In this document: in pieces, positions 62,148-64,000 of the stretch
How positions within the stretch are numbered: the stretch's first letter is position 1
Layout of the letters: every line of letters starts with the position of its first letter
Assembly (NCBI RefSeq): GCF_036321535.1
Contig: NC_087437.1
Span: forward strand, 73,844,001 to 73,908,000
DNA from: Camelus dromedarius
Taxonomy: Eukaryota
DNA length: 64,000 nucleotides
Reading direction: 5' to 3'
The notes under the pieces: generated by a model
The model's database searches: none
What the model was told of the DNA's origin: nothing
Seen by the model: the letters and a program-made list of their open reading frames with translations, nothing else
Program-made: the position numbers and the translations under genes

Positions 62148-64000
62148 CCTGAAATTAAGAACTCATTGAAAGTTACAATTTTCAGAAGGAAAGAAAAAAA
62201 AGAACAGAAAAGCACTCTACTTTCCCACAATCAGGAATAGTTTAGTGGAAGTAATATTTAACAGAGAAAGTAACTTATATGTTACATATAAGTGTGAAAG
62301 TAACTTGTGTATTAGAGCTATGTGAATTTATATATAACATTTGAATTCACCAGGCCTTCGTTTTTCAGTATGTAAATAGAGGCATTTGAAAATGAGACTC
62401 TCCAAGATCCTTTTAACCACTCCCATTCTATTATTCCATGCAAAAGCTTGCCGTCCTTAATCAGGAGCTATTGTAGTCTCAGCAGGGTCTAGCCTCCTCG
62501 CTCTTAAAGGAGGTGCCGATTTACGGTGCTGCTTCTACATCAAACCCATACAGTGGCTTCCTGATGTGTTTTTCTGTTAAAAGACTAACAGCATTACCAA
62601 AGCGAGCTCTTTATCTGAGAATCTGAATCTATAGCTTTCAATAAATAAATCCATGAAACTTGGTAGCTGTTTCAGCATTAGTTTCCAATGTCACATAGCA
62701 AGATCTGCTTCAGCACTTATTTTATACATGCCGTAAATCAGGTCTTCTAACCAGATAGTTTCCATCCAGAACATGTCTTGTTAGCATTATTCCTCTGCAC
62801 AGTGCTCAAAATTTTCTTTTATCATGGCAAGGGTAAGAAAACGTTGCTTAGGTTCTGTTTATTTTCTGTCATAAATGTGCTGACAGATGTTATTTCAGTT
62901 TGGCCATTTCCACAGCAAGAAAATATACATTTTAACACTGTCTAGACAGAACAGTTGCTCCAGTTCAACACCAGAAGTGATCTAAGATGTATTGTCCAAG
63001 GTCTGACCTTATGTAGGTCTTCCCCTATAGACAGTATAATAGGACTTAACCATCAGGCAACTTCTAGCATTCAAATCCCAGCTTTACTATTTCCTCCAGG
63101 TATAAAACTGTACACATTACCCAGTATCCCTGAGACTTCTCCCCTATTGTAAATCAGACTGATGTAAAAAATATATTAGCTAATTCATAAATTTCTGTGA
63201 GAGTTAAATGAGATAATAAAGTATTTGGCTCAGAATTAATATCTGTTGTCAATAAAAACGATACTGTTATTAATACAATATTACAGAAATTTGTCAATAA
63301 AAATGCATTTTGTTTCTGAAAATTGTCATCAACAGATGTGCCCCGTGTATAGAACAACGGTTTTTAGTACTCTTCAGTATCCTACTGGGGGCTACATAAT
63401 GAGATGCAGCTGCCTCAACTTTCCTTAGGCGAGTCCATGACATCTAGTACCTGGCTATTCAAAATTCCCTGGAGATCAGTCTAAATTACAAATTATGCTA
63501 ATTAGATCATCTTGCCAATGACAAGAATAAAGAAAGCTGATGATTATTACTAACAAACCACTACAGACTCTGAATGAAAATGGAAAAAAATTGACAAATA
63601 ATAGGGGTAGGTAAAAGTTTAGTATTGCTTCAGTAAATTTACCTTAGATAAAGAATTCTTAGAGAATAATCCTTTGCAATTTATGCTGATGATTTCCAAA
63701 AACTTTGCTTCTGTACTTTCAAAAGAATTTTTTAAATCATGTAACTTCTAGTACATTTACAACTGACTTCTAAAGATTTGCATTTTAAATGTACATAGTT
63801 CCAAAGGCTAAAGTTTTGAAAACTGTTATATTGTTCTTCTAAATTAATTCAGTCCTCTAAACACTTAGCAAGTTCACATTGCCCTTGATTTGTTTTAAAT
63901 TACACAAACTGTTTTTTCTTAATCAGACAGAAATGTTAGTGTTCTTCCTCTTCTTGAACTCATATTTCAATTCCATGTTCAAACAGAATGTTACCTCTAA

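Noticed and set aside
1..64000. CRISPR arrays, operons, prokaryotic defence or other novel multi-gene systems, numts, processed pseudogenes
   Set aside because: The sequence is repeat-rich mammalian non-coding DNA; I saw no regularly spaced repeat array, long ORF or recognisable gene copy by eye

Overview
AT-rich mammalian non-coding DNA, either intergenic or within a large intron. It is most likely camelid: three tRNA-Ala-derived SINEs resemble the camelid Vic-1 family, the L1 3' UTRs are artiodactyl-type, and I saw no Alu, B1/B2, Bov-A/BovB or PRE-1. I recognise no intact protein-coding gene, RNA gene, CRISPR array or prokaryotic system. The ORF-track entries are short chance ORFs or repeat-derived. 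A large part of the window is interspersed repeat: younger L1 3' ends with target-site duplications (TSDs), old L1M/L2/MIR fragments, MaLR/ERVL/ERV1 solo LTRs, an ERVL pol remnant and hAT/Tigger fossils. The best-supported oddities are structural: a perfect fold-back inverted duplication inside a MIR (5208-5306), a twin-primed L1 (31788-32293), a SINE carrying an L1-ORF2-like tail inside one TSD (44461-44657), two LTR-in-LTR nestings with perfect TSDs, and three solo LTRs that all lack the canonical 5' TG. More speculative are candidate non-coding exons and promoters at about 21.2-22.6, 23.6, 51.8 and 62.1 kb. Repeat family names come from recalled consensus similarity, not from a search. Boundaries of old repeats are approximate.
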